From assembly GCA_964016885.1 (NCBI GenBank), contig OZ024740.1, forward strand, positions 51,770,001 through 51,834,000: 64,000 nt of DNA, written 5' to 3'. Positions 27,109 through 40,396 of the stretch are shown here, in pieces. Under the pieces are notes generated by a model. That model saw only the letters and a list, made by a program, of their open reading frames with translations. It searched no databases and had not been told where the DNA came from. The position numbers and the translations under genes were made by a program. The DNA is from Eledone cirrhosa (taxonomy: Eukaryota). Every line of letters begins with the position of its first letter. Positions within the stretch are counted from its first letter, which is position 1.

Positions 27109-29188
27109 TTGTACTTAAAAACTCTTATTAGAAGGACTGATGAGTTCATCAAACGCATTAGATGGAGATCCTTTTTCTTCGACCACCCTGATGTAGCATC
27201 AGCCAACAATGAGAAATTCGGCTTTAAACCAAATAAGCCACCCCCACCAACAGTTAACTTGAACCTTTTGAGGAAGATCTCTTCAAAATGATCAAAAATA
27301 TTAAATTCCGCAGAGTCAACATTCCATTCCAGACTGACTTAAGGGACAAAGTGCAGAAAATGAAGAGTTCCCCGAATCTCCACGTCCTTTCCGACAAAAC
27401 AAAAAACGTCTATGAGGTTAACCAGGATACCTATAGGAAGCTGGCTAATAATGCGATTACAGCAAATTACAAAAAAGTAGATGAAACAGTACTGACTGAC
27501 ACCAACTTAGCCGGGAAAAACATCGCCATTTCCCTTAAACTGGAAGATAGGACTGAACCTTTGATGGTAAAGGCCCCGCATTTTACCCTTAAGGACCACA
27601 AGGGAAACTTCACCAATAAACCATCGGTCCGGCTAATAAACCCCACAAAATCCGACATAGGATCTGACAGCAAGAAGATCCTGGACAGGATACTACCGAC
27701 ACTGCGTGCAGCCTCACCTTTCCCACTCTGGAACAGAACATCCGAAGCAATCTCATGGTTCCAAGAACTTCCTGACAAACTCAACACCCGTTTCCTGCAA
27801 CTTGACATTGAGGATTACTACGCCTCCATTTCTGAGTCCCTGCTGAAGGGTGCAATTGCTTTCGCAAGAAACCTAACCACCATAACCGAGCAGGATGTGA
27901 TCCTCCATGCATGTAAGACCTTTTTGTACCATAACGGGTCCTACTGGATCAACAAAAAATCGGAGACTCCCTTCGATGTCAGCATGGGTGCTAGTGACTC
28001 GGCTGAAATTAGTGATCTGGTGGGCCTGTTTATCCTTAACCGGATGAAAACCCTCTTCACAGGCCTTACAGGCGGAATATACCGAGATGACAGCCTCTTT
28101 TCCCTGCATAAAATTAACCCCAGGACTACTGATGGGTTTCGGAAAAACCTTAACGCTTTCTTCAATAACCTAGGGCTCAGAATAACTATAGATTCGAGTT
28201 TAACTAAAGCCAACTTCTTAGATGTAACTCTCGATTTAGAAACCTCCCTTTATTATCTGTACCACAAACCAAATGAATCCCTTAGATATATAGACGTTAA
28301 CTCGAATCACCCCAAGAACAACACAGATAATTTAGTTAAAAGTGTCTCCCTTAGGATCTCTGGCCTCTTCGCCAATGAGGATATCTTTAGGGCCGCGGCC
28401 CCCTATTACAACGAAGCCCTAGCCCGTAGCGGTTTTAAAGATAAGATCTCTTATCTCAGAATAGCCCCACGCCCACCCAGGAGGAATAAGAAGAGGCAAA
28501 TTAGCTGGTACCCCCTCCCCCCCTCAACCGCGAGGTATCTACACCTATAGCAAAAAATTTCTTTACTCTATTGCACAAACACTTCCCCACCCATCATAGG
28601 TACTACACCATCTTTAATAAGAATAAAATCAGACTCTCTTATTCCACTACACCAAATCTAGCTAGGAACTTAGCCAATATTAATATTACTAAGTTAAATA
28701 AGTCTACTACCTTCGAAACCCATCCCGGTACTGAGGTCCTGTGCAACTTCCACAATAAGGCTGCATGCCCCTTCAGCAATAAATGCCTTACAAAGGATAT
28801 TGTATACAAATGTGATGTCATCCCAGGCCCTGATGAAGAGAGAAAGACGTATATTGGGATGACCTCCAACAACTTTAAGACCCGTTGGTACGCACACACC
28901 CATTCTTTTCGACGCCCGGACAAGTCCAACCAAACAACACTCGCCTCCCAAGTCTGGGACCTAAAAAGGAACTCCATCCCTTTTACGCTCAGATGGAAAC
29001 TACTCCAGAGAGCGCGGTCCTACACAGGAGGCCATAATTGTTGTGACCTTTGTATTTCCGAGAGTTACGAAATACTATTCGCCAAAGGACCCTTACTCAA
29101 TAGACTCTCAGAACACTGCCCGAATTGCATGCACAAAAACTATGCAACTTACAAGTCATATAGACCAGTTCTTCCCCCTGAACGATGA
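27109..29188 (+). mobile_element. Nearly full-length Penelope-like element, RT plus GIY-YIG, with two frameshifts
   Basis: ORFs 27109-27291, 27288-28550 (KDHK, RLINPTKS, QLDIEDYY, MGASDS, GGIYRDD, FLDVTLDL) and 28571-29188 (DIVYKC...YIGMTSNNFKTRWYAH). Confidence 0.92.
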
Positions 29189-29399
29189 TCCCATAAGACA
29201 GCGGAATCGACATTAAACATTAAACACACCACTCCACCGCGCCCCCTCCCATCCCAACCCTACCTTCGTTTTTTTACCTTTCAAACTTATAACTTATACT
29301 TTACTTTTCTCTACTTGTATTTCATGTTACTTAATTTTAATTTATGTTATTTGATGTTTTTTCATATCTTGATTGTTTCCTTAAAATTTTCCCCTTTGT

Positions 29400-29542
29400 G
29401 TATTTTTATATGTGTTTATATGTGTATATATATGTATATATATGTATATATGTGTATGTGTGTGTGTATATGTATATATATGTGTGTATGTGTGTGTGTG
29501 TGTGTGTATATATGTATATGTATGTATATGTATGTGTATGTG

Positions 29543-29607
<65 letters not shown>

Positions 29608-29722
29608 CTGTATGTGTGTGTATATATATATATGTATATATGTGTGTATATGTATGTGTGTATATGTGTGTACGTGTATGTATGTATGAATATGTATGTA
29701 TGTATATGTGTATATGTGTATA

Positions 29723-29769
<47 letters not shown>

Positions 29770-29790
29770 ATATGTATATAAATATATGTA
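29400..29790. repeat. Compound (TA)n/(TG)n microsatellite
   Basis: Directly visible dinucleotide runs. Confidence 0.9.
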
Positions 29791-30071
29791 TAGTTGTTAT
29801 ATAGTAAGGTGCAATATTGGTTGTGTAAAATGGTCCAATAACTTTATGTTAGCAATATTAAGTTCTCCACGCTTTTGTATATCTCCAATTCCATTCGAGG
29901 GAACAGCTAGATGATGTAAAACGGAGTATAAGTATCAAAATGAAAATCCGAAGGCAAGGTAAAATTCCAATCATTTAATCACGACACATGTTTCAATAAG
30001 AGATAGATCGATTGTGAAGCCATATATGTATGTATATGTATGCGTATATATGTGTATATGTATGTATGTGT

Positions 30072-30479
30072 GGAGAGATGACCCCTTAGCCTTTGTCAAG
30101 GCAGAATTCTAGGAGAAGGAAAACTCTGATATAACACCTGCAACCCTGATGGTATCCAATGATGTTGACTTGTTCTTCTTTTTGGTAAATATCATCTTGG
30201 TTAAGAGAGTGGGACTGGCTTTGTGCAATGCCTTTGCTCACTATAAAAGCTTCACGGCACAGGCATTGCTTTATATCTGGAGATCTCTCTGCACTTGTCG
30301 TCACATGGTACCATGGGCCCAGCACTATGTGTCAATAATTGTCACAAGTGTAGTGTTTGTACCAGAGTTTTCATGTCGCAGGCTGGACTAAAAAGTCACA
30401 CTCGTTCAGCGCATCGGTAGGGGTTCTCCTACATGGATATAAAGTAGTGGCCGTACTCGAAAACGAGTTGGCAGCCACC

Positions 30480-30480
<1 letters not shown>
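30072..30480 (+). mobile_element. Short non-autonomous RTE-like derivative, copy 1
   Basis: Close paralogue of about 31075-31435. Contains ggagaaggaaaactctgat, which resembles RTE 5' UTRs. Confidence 0.5.
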
Positions 30481-30554
<74 letters not shown>

Positions 30555-30677
30555 TCTATTTAAATTGTTGGGATACAACAAGCAAATATTTTTATAACTG
30601 ATATAAAGCACTCAACAAATTATTGGAGTAAAAATACGATATAATAAATGGAAACTATATTTATAAAACCATATTTA

Positions 30678-30738
30678 TTTCATTATACATATTTCAAGGA
30701 CACCAAGTTAAATTATGGCGTGCTTTCATCAGATAAAA
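30678..30738 (-). ncRNA. Hammerhead ribozyme motif
   Basis: ttttat-CTGATGA-aagcacgcca...tggtgtcctt-GAAA-tatgta-TA-atgaaa. Confidence 0.7.
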
Positions 30739-30792
30739 TATAATATAGAGCAGTTTTATAAATAAATATTGACATACCCTTAAAGAATGCGA

Positions 30793-30874
<82 letters not shown>

Positions 30875-30877
<3 letters not shown>

Positions 30878-31435
30878 AGGTCACCAGTTGGTGCTACTGG
30901 TAACATGTATCCCAGTACAACCTGTCTCATAGCCGGGTCGTTGGCGACTAAACTGGCAACCCCACCAAGGTTTCTTGGTGAGGACGGTGACTTTGGACAT
31001 CCTGCAGGACTAAAAACAAAACCTGTCAAAGGGCAAAGGAGCTCTTAAGAGTCAATGGCCATCCAAAATCACCGGGAGAGATGACCCCTTAGCCTTTGTC
31101 AAGGCAGAATTCTAGGAGAAGGAAAACTCTGATATAACACCTGCAACTCTGATGGTATCTAATGATATTGACTTATTCTACTTTTTGGTAATTATCATCT
31201 TGGTTAAGAGAGTGGGACTGGCTTTGTGCAGTGCCTTTGCTCACTATAAAAGCTTCACGGCACAGGTATTGCTTTATATCTGGAGGTCTCTCTGCACTTG
31301 TCATCCTGTTTGTACCAGAGTTTTCAAGTCCCTGGCTGGTCTAAAAAGCCACACTCGTTCAGTGCATCGGTAGGGGTTCTCCTGCATGGATATAAAGTAA
31401 TGACCGTACTCGAAAGCGAGTTGGCAGCCACCATA
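30875..31435 (+). mobile_element. Short non-autonomous RTE-like derivative, copy 2 (5' UTR fused to C2H2-type 3' end)
   Basis: The 3' part translates to CHPVCTRVFKSLAGLKSHTRSVHR, a C2H2-like finger of the kind found at the end of some LINE ORFs. Confidence 0.5.
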
Positions 31436-31607
31436 TGTGTATATATGTATATATATGTGTATATATGTGTATGTATGTGTAGGTATGTATGTATATATAT
31501 GTATATATATATATGTATATATATATATCATAAAATATGGTAGGCTTATTGCTAGAAAGCGCAGCCCAATATCGCCAAATTATATCTCAACCTAACGGGA
31601 GATTATT

Positions 31608-32093
31608 ACATATAAAGGTTTACATATATATAAAGTCATAGATATATATGTGTTTTGCAACAGGTCACGTTGTGGCTCAATGAAGAATTAATAAATTAAA
31701 TAATCAGTAGAGGTAATTAGGTATGTACGCATTTCTTCTAAGTTTGAATTTACACCTAATTGTGTTTAGTTGACTGTATATCTGGTCGATTTCTACATGC
31801 TGTCGAAATGTTGGATAAATACTCCATCGTAGCCACCGCGAAGAGGCTGCTTTCGGTTATTTGTCGGAGATTTCTTCATAGGAGTCTTTATTCTTATATC
31901 TTGGTCTAATTGATTTTTTATTTGGTTAATTATGCTAATTGGGAGAGGAAATGGTATATATTATATCTAGTGACTCTAAAGACATGTTTTATGATATATA
32001 GCTCTGATTATTTAATTTATTAATTCTTCATTGAGCCACAACGTGACCTGTTGCAAAACACATATATATCTATGACTTTATATATATGTAAAC

Positions 32094-32100
<7 letters not shown>
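31608..32100. mobile_element. Fold-back element with ~95-bp inverted ends
   Basis: Bases 31608-31706 match the reverse complement of 32004-32100. Confidence 0.7.
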
Positions 32101-32142
<42 letters not shown>

Positions 32143-32143
<1 letters not shown>

Positions 32144-32328
32144 AAAACTATGACCCCGACGGCAGAGCTCAAGCCGTTTCGACGGCTATTTCTGGACTGA
32201 AATAGCCGTCGAAACGGCTTGAGCTCTGCCGTCGGGGTCATACTTTTTCCTATTTCCCATCTACTACCCTAAGTATTGAGTACTCTGGTGCGTTATGGTC
32301 CATCTGGTTCCTTACCCCAAGTCCTTTG

Positions 32329-32330
<2 letters not shown>
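32143..32330. mobile_element. Short (TA)n-inserted repeat family with near-perfect palindromic end
   Basis: Palindrome at about 32143-32247. The family is also present at 35059, 38438, 38978 and 41104. Confidence 0.75.
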
Positions 32331-32394
<64 letters not shown>

Positions 32395-32399
32395 ATGCT

Positions 32400-33590
32400 T
32401 TGGGAGGGTCATGTTGCCAATAAGAAACACACGCACCAGTTGCTTTCACTCCAATTTATTATAAATTAAATTTATAAATTTCCGGTTGGTTGGTTGGTTG
32501 GTTCCATAACCGGACGGTTGTTTATATATTGTCAAAGTTCTTTCGTCACACATTCTGTGACCTCTTCAGTGACTGGGGATTCTTTTCTTTGTTTTGTGCC
32601 TCTCCTTTGTTCTGTCCTACGCCATCTTGTTTTTGTGTGTGTTGTGTGCTTAGTTTGCGCATGTGTTACATCCGGGTGTCTGTATGTGTTTTTATTTGTT
32701 TATGTATTTGTTTATTTACATGTTACTGGTTGGTTGTTTGTTCTATATGTGTGTGTGTTTTCATTTTGTCCTTAATTGTAAATTGTGATGTTGCTATTCC
32801 ATTCATGTTTTCTATTTAATTTTGGTTGGAGTTCATTTATGTTTATTGCCTCTGTGATTTGTCTAAACATTGCGTCTTTTCTGTGTGTAGATTTTATTTT
32901 TATTTCTATGTTCTATTTTAGCATGTTGGTGGAGTATTGATGATTCTTTTTTATCTTGAAGCTCTCGCCAGTGTTCATTTAACCGTTCTCTTATACTACG
33001 AGCTGTCTCACCTATGTACACTATATTCTTATCTTTACATTGTCCTTCAGTACATCTTATGCTACATACTACATTTCTAGTTTTACAGTTAAAATGGGGG
33101 CTTAGTTTACAGATGATGCATTTCTTATCTATACAGGGAGGTCTTTGAAAAGGGTATGTATTACTAATAAGTGTTTTTATGGAGGTACCTGGTCTTTCTA
33201 CTATCTTAATATTAAGTTTAAGTTTATCTAGGGCCCTTCTAAATTTATAAGATAATTCACCTCTAAGGGTTGTATTCATGAACATTACACTCTGGTATTT
33301 ATTGCTATCATACCCTGAGTTTATTCTATTAACCTTATTCCTAGTTCTTTCTATTCTATTCCAAAATTTGCTCCTATACAAGGGGCAGGTCCCATTTGTA
33401 TCATTATTTACCATTTTTTCCCATTTGGTTCTGGCTCCTCTATACACTCTGATTCTATCTCTCTGATTGTAACCAGAGAACTGCATACGGTGGATGAAGT
33501 GTTGTATGTGTGTCTCTAGTTCTTTGGGGTTGCACATGCGGGTCGCAACTGGTGCGTGTGTTTCTTATTGGCAACATGACCCTCCCAAAG
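32400..33590 (-). mobile_element. 5'-truncated Penelope-like element with inverted terminal segment
   Basis: ORF 32863-33537 contains GIY-YIG (VVCSIRC...YIGETARSIRERLNEH). Bases 32397-32444 are inverted at 33545-33590. Confidence 0.88.
32531..32573 (-). ncRNA. Minimal hammerhead ribozyme motif in Penelope-like 3' UTR
   Basis: gtca-CTGAAGA-g-gtcaca-gaatg-tgtgac-GAAA-gaac-TT-tgac; same strand as the ORF. Confidence 0.7.
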
Positions 33591-33653
33591 TATAACAATA
33601 TCGGTTTCAACACACGTTTTCAGATAAAGAATCTTGCTAAACAAATTCAGAAA

Positions 33654-33741
<88 letters not shown>

Positions 33742-33826
33742 GTATGTATATATATATTTGATAACTTTGATAGGTTTCGGCCAGTCCTGGTTCAGGCCAT
33801 GTCTAACTCAATAGCACCACCTGGAA

Positions 33827-33902
<76 letters not shown>

Positions 33903-34554
33903 TAATAATAAGTTGACAGGACTAGCGTAAGTTTCATTGGTAGTACCGATTGTATCTCAGCGTACTCAATAGGTAAGGTTATGTAAAAATCCGAGAGTAG
34001 ACACAAAGTTATCTGCTTCAATACAACACACGTACATGGGTACCATAAATCTATACCCGTACTCGATGTTCGACCACTCTTAATGTAGCAAGAGAGCGTA
34101 CACGATCTACTGTCTGCATTTATTATACAACAATGCACAATCGGTGCATGTCGCTTCATCACCGGATCTTGCCTAATTAATAACCAATCGATCGACAAAA
34201 TTCGATTCCAGTCCGTGCCGGCTATGGCAGTGAATACGACAGGTGACACAGTAGTACATTAGTAACTGAAACCCCTACGCGTTATCAAAATATATGACGT
34301 AGTCACTACTTTAACATTCATAGCCAATGGTCTTCAAAATGATTTAAAATAAATATACAGTATATTATCAAATATACTATATGTAGATTTAATGCTCCAT
34401 CATCCACTTTTCTAAAAAAGTTTATCATGCACAACACGCTACCATCAACAGTTTTCCAAGAGATGTCAGCATGAATGGACCTGTTATTTTTCTCTAAAAC
34501 AATTTTCCGATTCCGCCCTGCCCGTCGCTTCAATCTTTCTAATTTGTCATTCTT

Positions 34555-34592
34555 TCTTCTGATGAAGGACTAGCGCCCGAAACGTTAAAACC
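34555..34592 (+). ncRNA. Degenerate minimal hammerhead-like motif
   Basis: CTGATGA-agg-actagcg-ccc-GAAACGTT; stem I is weak. Confidence 0.4.
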
Positions 34593-34756
34593 TCTTCTTT
34601 GCTATTTCAAGCGTTAAACTAATATATTACTTCTTTATAATGTACCGTTTGTATTGTTATTTCTGTTCACCGTTTACATATATGTGTGTGTGTTAAGTAT
34701 TTCTGTGGAAAAGGTAAAGGAAACAAGAGTGCTCTATGTATAGTACAGAGCTATTT

Positions 34757-35024
34757 AATTATGTCATAAACAACACAATATAATTATTCCATTACCCAAG
34801 GTTTCACAAAGTTAGACGATTCTAACAGAACTGTTTGATATCGTTCATCAGAAGAAATCTTTATTTGGATATCTATATTTATTTAGATATCTATGTAAAG
34901 AATCTTTATTTGAATATCCAAATAAAGATTCTTTCTGATGAACGATATCAGACGCTTCTGTTAGAATCGTCTAACATCGTGAAACCTTGGGTAATGAAAT
35001 AATTATATTGTGTTGTTTATTACA

Positions 35025-35030
<6 letters not shown>
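34757..35030. mobile_element. Fold-back element with a hammerhead motif in each arm
   Basis: Bases 34757-34872 are inverted at 34914-35030. The right arm has CTGATGA (34935-34941)-acgat...atcgt-GAAA-ccttggg-TA. Confidence 0.65.
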
Positions 35031-35058
<28 letters not shown>

Positions 35059-35062
<4 letters not shown>

Positions 35063-35187
35063 GAAGGAAATGTGGTAAGGAACCAGGTGGACCATAACGC
35101 ACCAAAGTACTCAATACTTGGGGTAGTAGAGTGGGTAATAGGAACCAGTAAGACCCTAGGAACCAAAAACCTGGGGTCTTACTGGTT

Positions 35188-35192
<5 letters not shown>
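35059..35192 (+). mobile_element. Short (TA)n-inserted repeat family copy with hairpin end
   Basis: Starts aacgaaggaaatgtggtaagg and ends in the hairpin taggaaccagtaagaccc...ggggtcttactggttccta. Confidence 0.75.
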
Positions 35193-35242
<50 letters not shown>

Positions 35243-35275
35243 GTGTTAAAGTTTGCTTGAAGCATTGTGAAATAT

Positions 35276-35494
35276 GTAAAATATGTAGTTTAGAAAGCCA
35301 CAACAATGCAGATGGGAAATCTCGTTGATAGGCGTGAGCCCGAAATATTGGGATTAAATCTCCACTACGGTAACCCTTCTACCTTTGTCTTGTTTTCGTT
35401 TCTCTCATTTTTCACTTTTCTCCTATTTCTCACTCATTTCCTACCTCGAGATTTCCCATCTGCATTGTTGTGGCTTTCTAAACTACATATTTTA
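35276..35494. repeat. Fold-back element with ~48-bp inverted ends
   Basis: Bases 35276-35324 match the reverse complement of 35447-35494. Confidence 0.7.
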
Positions 35495-35984
35495 TATATA
35501 TATATATATAAGTGGAAGGTTAGTAAAATCGAAGTTATGGCAGGAGGCCAAACCCACAAAGTAAAAATTCAGATTTGCACGAAGCACTCAATAAGAATGT
35601 ATCAATAAATCGATAGGTTACACCTTAGAGTAAGTAACATACGTTAAATAGCATGACAAATTGAAAGGTGTGGTTAGGAGACATCGCCACAGAAGCCGCC
35701 ACAACAACGAAAATACAATCAGGTTAAATAATAAACCTGGACCGTATCGAGGGGTATTATGCAATATCTTCGATTGGTTTCTATGAATTCAAAATCAACA
35801 ATCCTATTTGCACAATATGCAAGTTTGTGGTATTTGAAGACCGAAACGGGGACTCACGTTATCAACAGGTTTCCGTACTGTACCTAAGCTGGTGTGAAGC
35901 GTAGTAGTAAACTACCAATAGTAGCAGACACTGTTTCGCTGTCACGCTGTCACGTGTTTACTCCCCACTAAGGGAAATAACCTC

Positions 35985-36071
<87 letters not shown>

Positions 36072-36799
36072 CTATTTATAAAAAAACACCAAAGAATCAA
36101 GGTATTTTCAAACTACCATATGTTTCAACCGACAAAACTTCATCCGGGTGTCGTATGGTTACAGAGTTTTAATTTTTTTAATTAAAAAAATTTTTTTTTA
36201 CAAAATTTATTTATGGTTTTATACTCAGACCTACAGGAATTGGTTTAATATCGACATACTCAGAGTTTATTTTAGCCTGTCAATATTTCACATATGTTTA
36301 TATATATATATATATCACAACAATGACAACAACTACAACTCTAGGAATCAAGAACATCGAAAAAAGTACAAAATTACGAGAAATCTCCAACCACTATAGA
36401 TTTTCCTCACTAGTAGGACACTAGGATTCCCTAAAAAACTTTTTCAAATAAGCTTTAACAAGATTAAAAGTGAGACGTTATCTTCAAAGTCAGTTTAATT
36501 GTAATTAGAATATGGTGTCTGCGACAGTATGAAATGTTTTGTGAGAGACTTACAAGCTTATATTTATGATTAGGTGTAGATTTTCATTGATGAAGTCAAA
36601 GGCTTTAAGAAAAATGATAGACATTATTAAAGAATTATTTTTAGTGACATAAAATGTTGTATGCAGTTAAAATCAATCCGGGTTCAGATTTAAATATACC
36701 AACTGTTTGTTTCAGATAGGCAGAAAGAAATGCAAGCGTTTCTTACCAGTGTGAATGTAAATCCTGTCCAGTACTCTTGAAAAACGCGTCCTATACGTC

Positions 36800-38075
36800 C
36801 TTTTACAGTTAATATGGGGGCTTAGTTTACAGATTATGCATTTCTTATCTATACAGGGAGGTCTTTTAAAAGGGTATGTATTACTAATAAGTGTTTTTAT
36901 GGAGGTACCTGGTCTTTCTACTATCTTAATATTAAGTTTATGTTTATCTAGGGCCCTTCTAAATTTGTAAGCTAATTCACCTCTAAGGGTTGTATTGATG
37001 AACATTACACTCTGGTATTTATTGCTATCATACCATGAGTTTATTCTATTAACCTTATTCCTAGTTCTTTCTATTCTATTCCAAAATTTGCTCCTATACA
37101 AGGGGCAGGTCCCATTTGTATCATTATTTACCATTTTTTCCCATTTGGTTCTGGCTCCTCTATATACTCTGATTTTATCTCTCTGATTGTAACCAGAGAA
37201 CTGCATACGGTGGATGAAGTGTTGTATGTGTCTCTCTAGTTCTTTGGAGTTGCACATGCGGGAAACGTTTCTCATCACCCGTACCAAATCCGCAATCAGT
37301 ATGTTGATTTTGGTGTGATCCGAAACAGCTGAGTTTCGGTGGATCAGATATTTGGAAGTCATGGGTTTGGCACAATGGGAATGGAGGATTTGTTTTTTGT
37401 TATTAATGGTTTCTAGCCAGAGCTCTGTGTCTAGTACAGGTAATCGATGGTTGGGGTAATCGATGCTTGGGTAATCTATAGTAACTCTAATACTCTGGTG
37501 GATGGAGTTAGCTATTTGCTGGATGCTTTCCATGGTGTTTTTCTCTAATTCCTGACTGTTCTCTAGTGGAGGTATTTTTACTACGATGTTTATATCACCA
37601 ACGTAGCGGGAGTACATTATGAGGGTTAAGAGGTTGCTGTCTTCTAATTGTTCTTTAAGTTTAAGTTTAAGTTTATTGTCCCACCATACCATGAATAGGT
37701 TAGCTATGTCACCTGCAATGCTAACACCAATGGCTGCTCACTCCTCTTGGGCATATGTTTTTCCATTAAATTTGAACATATGTTCCTTAAGGGTTAATTT
37801 TATACTGGCCCGCACCGCATGTGCAATCATTTTCTTTAGTTCATCGTGGTTTTCGGGGGTCCGTATGGCTCTGGTCCACCCGTTCCATCTTTCTGTGTGG
37901 GTTTTCTTGGCCATTGAGGTAATGGTAGATGGTCTGCCTCTTGCTGGTCTTGTAGGGCACAGGTTGCTAAGGTCATATGTATCTAGATAATTATTACTAT
38001 AGGTAAGTTTAAGTAGGAGTCCCAGCTCACTGGTATCAATCCCACGGAATTCAACATTGCTCTCACTGATCATTT
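36800..38075 (-). mobile_element. Penelope-like element RT region, truncated at both ends
   Basis: Contains EHMFKFNGKTYAQ, YSRYVGDIN (decayed YVDD), LPVLDTELW and KPMTSKYLIHRNSA. Bases 36800-37260 are nearly identical to 33080-33540. Confidence 0.88.
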
Positions 38076-38123
38076 CGACGTGGATTTTGCTGTGGAGAAA
38101 TGCGTAGAATATATATGTATGTG

Positions 38124-38200
<77 letters not shown>

Positions 38201-38254
38201 ATTTAAAACTGCACTATCCACAAGTGTTTTTTAACCTTCATATCATGTCTTCCT

Positions 38255-38323
38255 GTTTTATCTGATGAAAAAACAAATATTATTGCATGATGATATTTGT
38301 TTTTGAAATGCGCATAATAAAAT
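38255..38323 (+). ncRNA. Hammerhead ribozyme with ~15-bp stem II
   Basis: gttttat-CTGATGA-aaaaacaaatattat...atgatatttgttttt-GAAA-tgcgca-TA-ataaaat; stem III is palindromic (ATGCGCAT). Confidence 0.8.
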
Positions 38324-38354
38324 ACATGGAACTCTTTTAACCATCTTTTGTTCT

Positions 38355-38708
<354 letters not shown>

Positions 38709-38977
38709 ATATATGTGTTGATATGTGTGTGTATATATATATATATATATGCATATATATATGCATATATATATGTATATATACATATATATATGTGGGT
38801 ATGGTGTGGAGTGCGGTGGCCGGAAGCTGGGGAGTGCTCGACCGGAAGAGTGCTTGACCGGAAGGGAGCTTGGCCGGAAGGGTGCTCGACCGGAAGGGCC
38901 AGCAGGTCGGCCTCTCTCTAGCGGTGATCAGGAACGTGGTGGACGCGAGTTTTTCATACCTATATATATATACATAT

Positions 38978-39102
38978 AACGAAGGAAATGTGGTAAGGAA
39001 CCAGGTGGACCATAACGCACCAAAGTACTCAATACTTAGGGTAGTAGAGTGGGTAATAGGAACAAGTAAGACCCCGACGGCTGAGCTCAAGCCGTTTCGA
39101 CG
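38978..39102 (+). mobile_element. Short (TA)n-inserted repeat family copy
   Basis: aacgaaggaaatgtggtaagg...gagctcaagccgtttcgac. Confidence 0.75.
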
Positions 39103-39164
39103 TATATATATATATATATATATATATATTAACAAATGGAAACTATAATTATAAAACATATTTA

Positions 39165-39225
39165 TTTCATTATACATATTTCAAGGACACCAAAGCAAAT
39201 TATGGTGTGCTTTCATCAGATAAAA
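39165..39225 (-). ncRNA. Hammerhead ribozyme motif (paralogue of 30678-30738) within an inverted element at 39126-39365
   Basis: ttttat-CTGATGA-aagcacacca...tggtgtcctt-GAAA-tatgta-TA-atgaaa. Confidence 0.7.
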
Positions 39226-39361
39226 TATAATATAGATCAGTTTTATAAACAAGTTTCCATTTGTTAATATATTGTAATTTTACTCCAAAAATTTGTTGTG
39301 TGCTTTATATCAGTTATAAAAATATTTGCTTGTTGTATCCCAACAAATTAAATATAACTTC

Positions 39362-39421
<60 letters not shown>

Positions 39422-39695
39422 ATATATAGAAACACACAGATACGTGCGGACACATACATATACATGAATATATCCACATATATCCTTGAATTTGTGGTGC
39501 CAACCTCTACCGATGTTGCTCTATGAATAACTGGGACAAAATAATCCGAATGGATTAGATTGATTCAGTATCAGAACTATATAATACATTATAAAGAAAA
39601 AAGAAACATTAGATACGTAGTCGAGGAGTAATGAAGGAATTTGGGTATGGTATATCTTATTAATTATATCTAATGTTTCTTCTCTCTTTATAATG

Positions 39696-39729
<34 letters not shown>

Positions 39730-39735
<6 letters not shown>

Positions 39736-40396
39736 GTACATACATATATGTATACAGACGTACAGTAGTATGTATATATATATACATACATGCACACATA
39801 TATATATATATGTACGTATGAATTCACCGAACATTTATTATAATGCTCGGTGTGTTTGTAAACAAACATCCCGTATTAAGCCGTAGTGTCTAGCAACCAT
39901 CGTTGCTCGTTTGTTCAACACTGACAAAGGAACGCTGTACTAGTTTCAAGCTTATTATCGTTTCATTTTTTCCGTTTATCGTTTTCGGTGCACCCGGCCG
40001 ATTAACCCACTCGATATGCAAATTGGGCTACTCAGCCGTTAATATGCATACGGTAAGTATACACGTTCAACAATCTGGCAGGAAGGTATACGTTGCTGAC
40101 GATAGCTAATAAGCTTGAAACTAGTACAGCGTTCCTTTGTCAGTGTTGAACAAACGAGCAACGATGGTTGCTGGACACTACGGCTTAATACGGGATGTTT
40201 GTTTACAAACACACCGAGCATTAAAATAAATGTTCGGTGAATCCATACGTACATATATATATATGTGTGCATGTATGTATATATATATACATACTACTGT
40301 ACGTCTGTATACATATATGTATGTACGTGTACATACTTATATTTAAGTAACAGCCGTACTAAGAGTGGTAAATGAAATTTCGTTTCATTTTTTTCC

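Noticed and set aside
33757-33822. Hairpin plus GAAAC motif repeated at about 46010-46075 as a hammerhead
   Set aside because: The minus strand has TAGACAT where CUGANGA is needed, and there is no convincing stem I.
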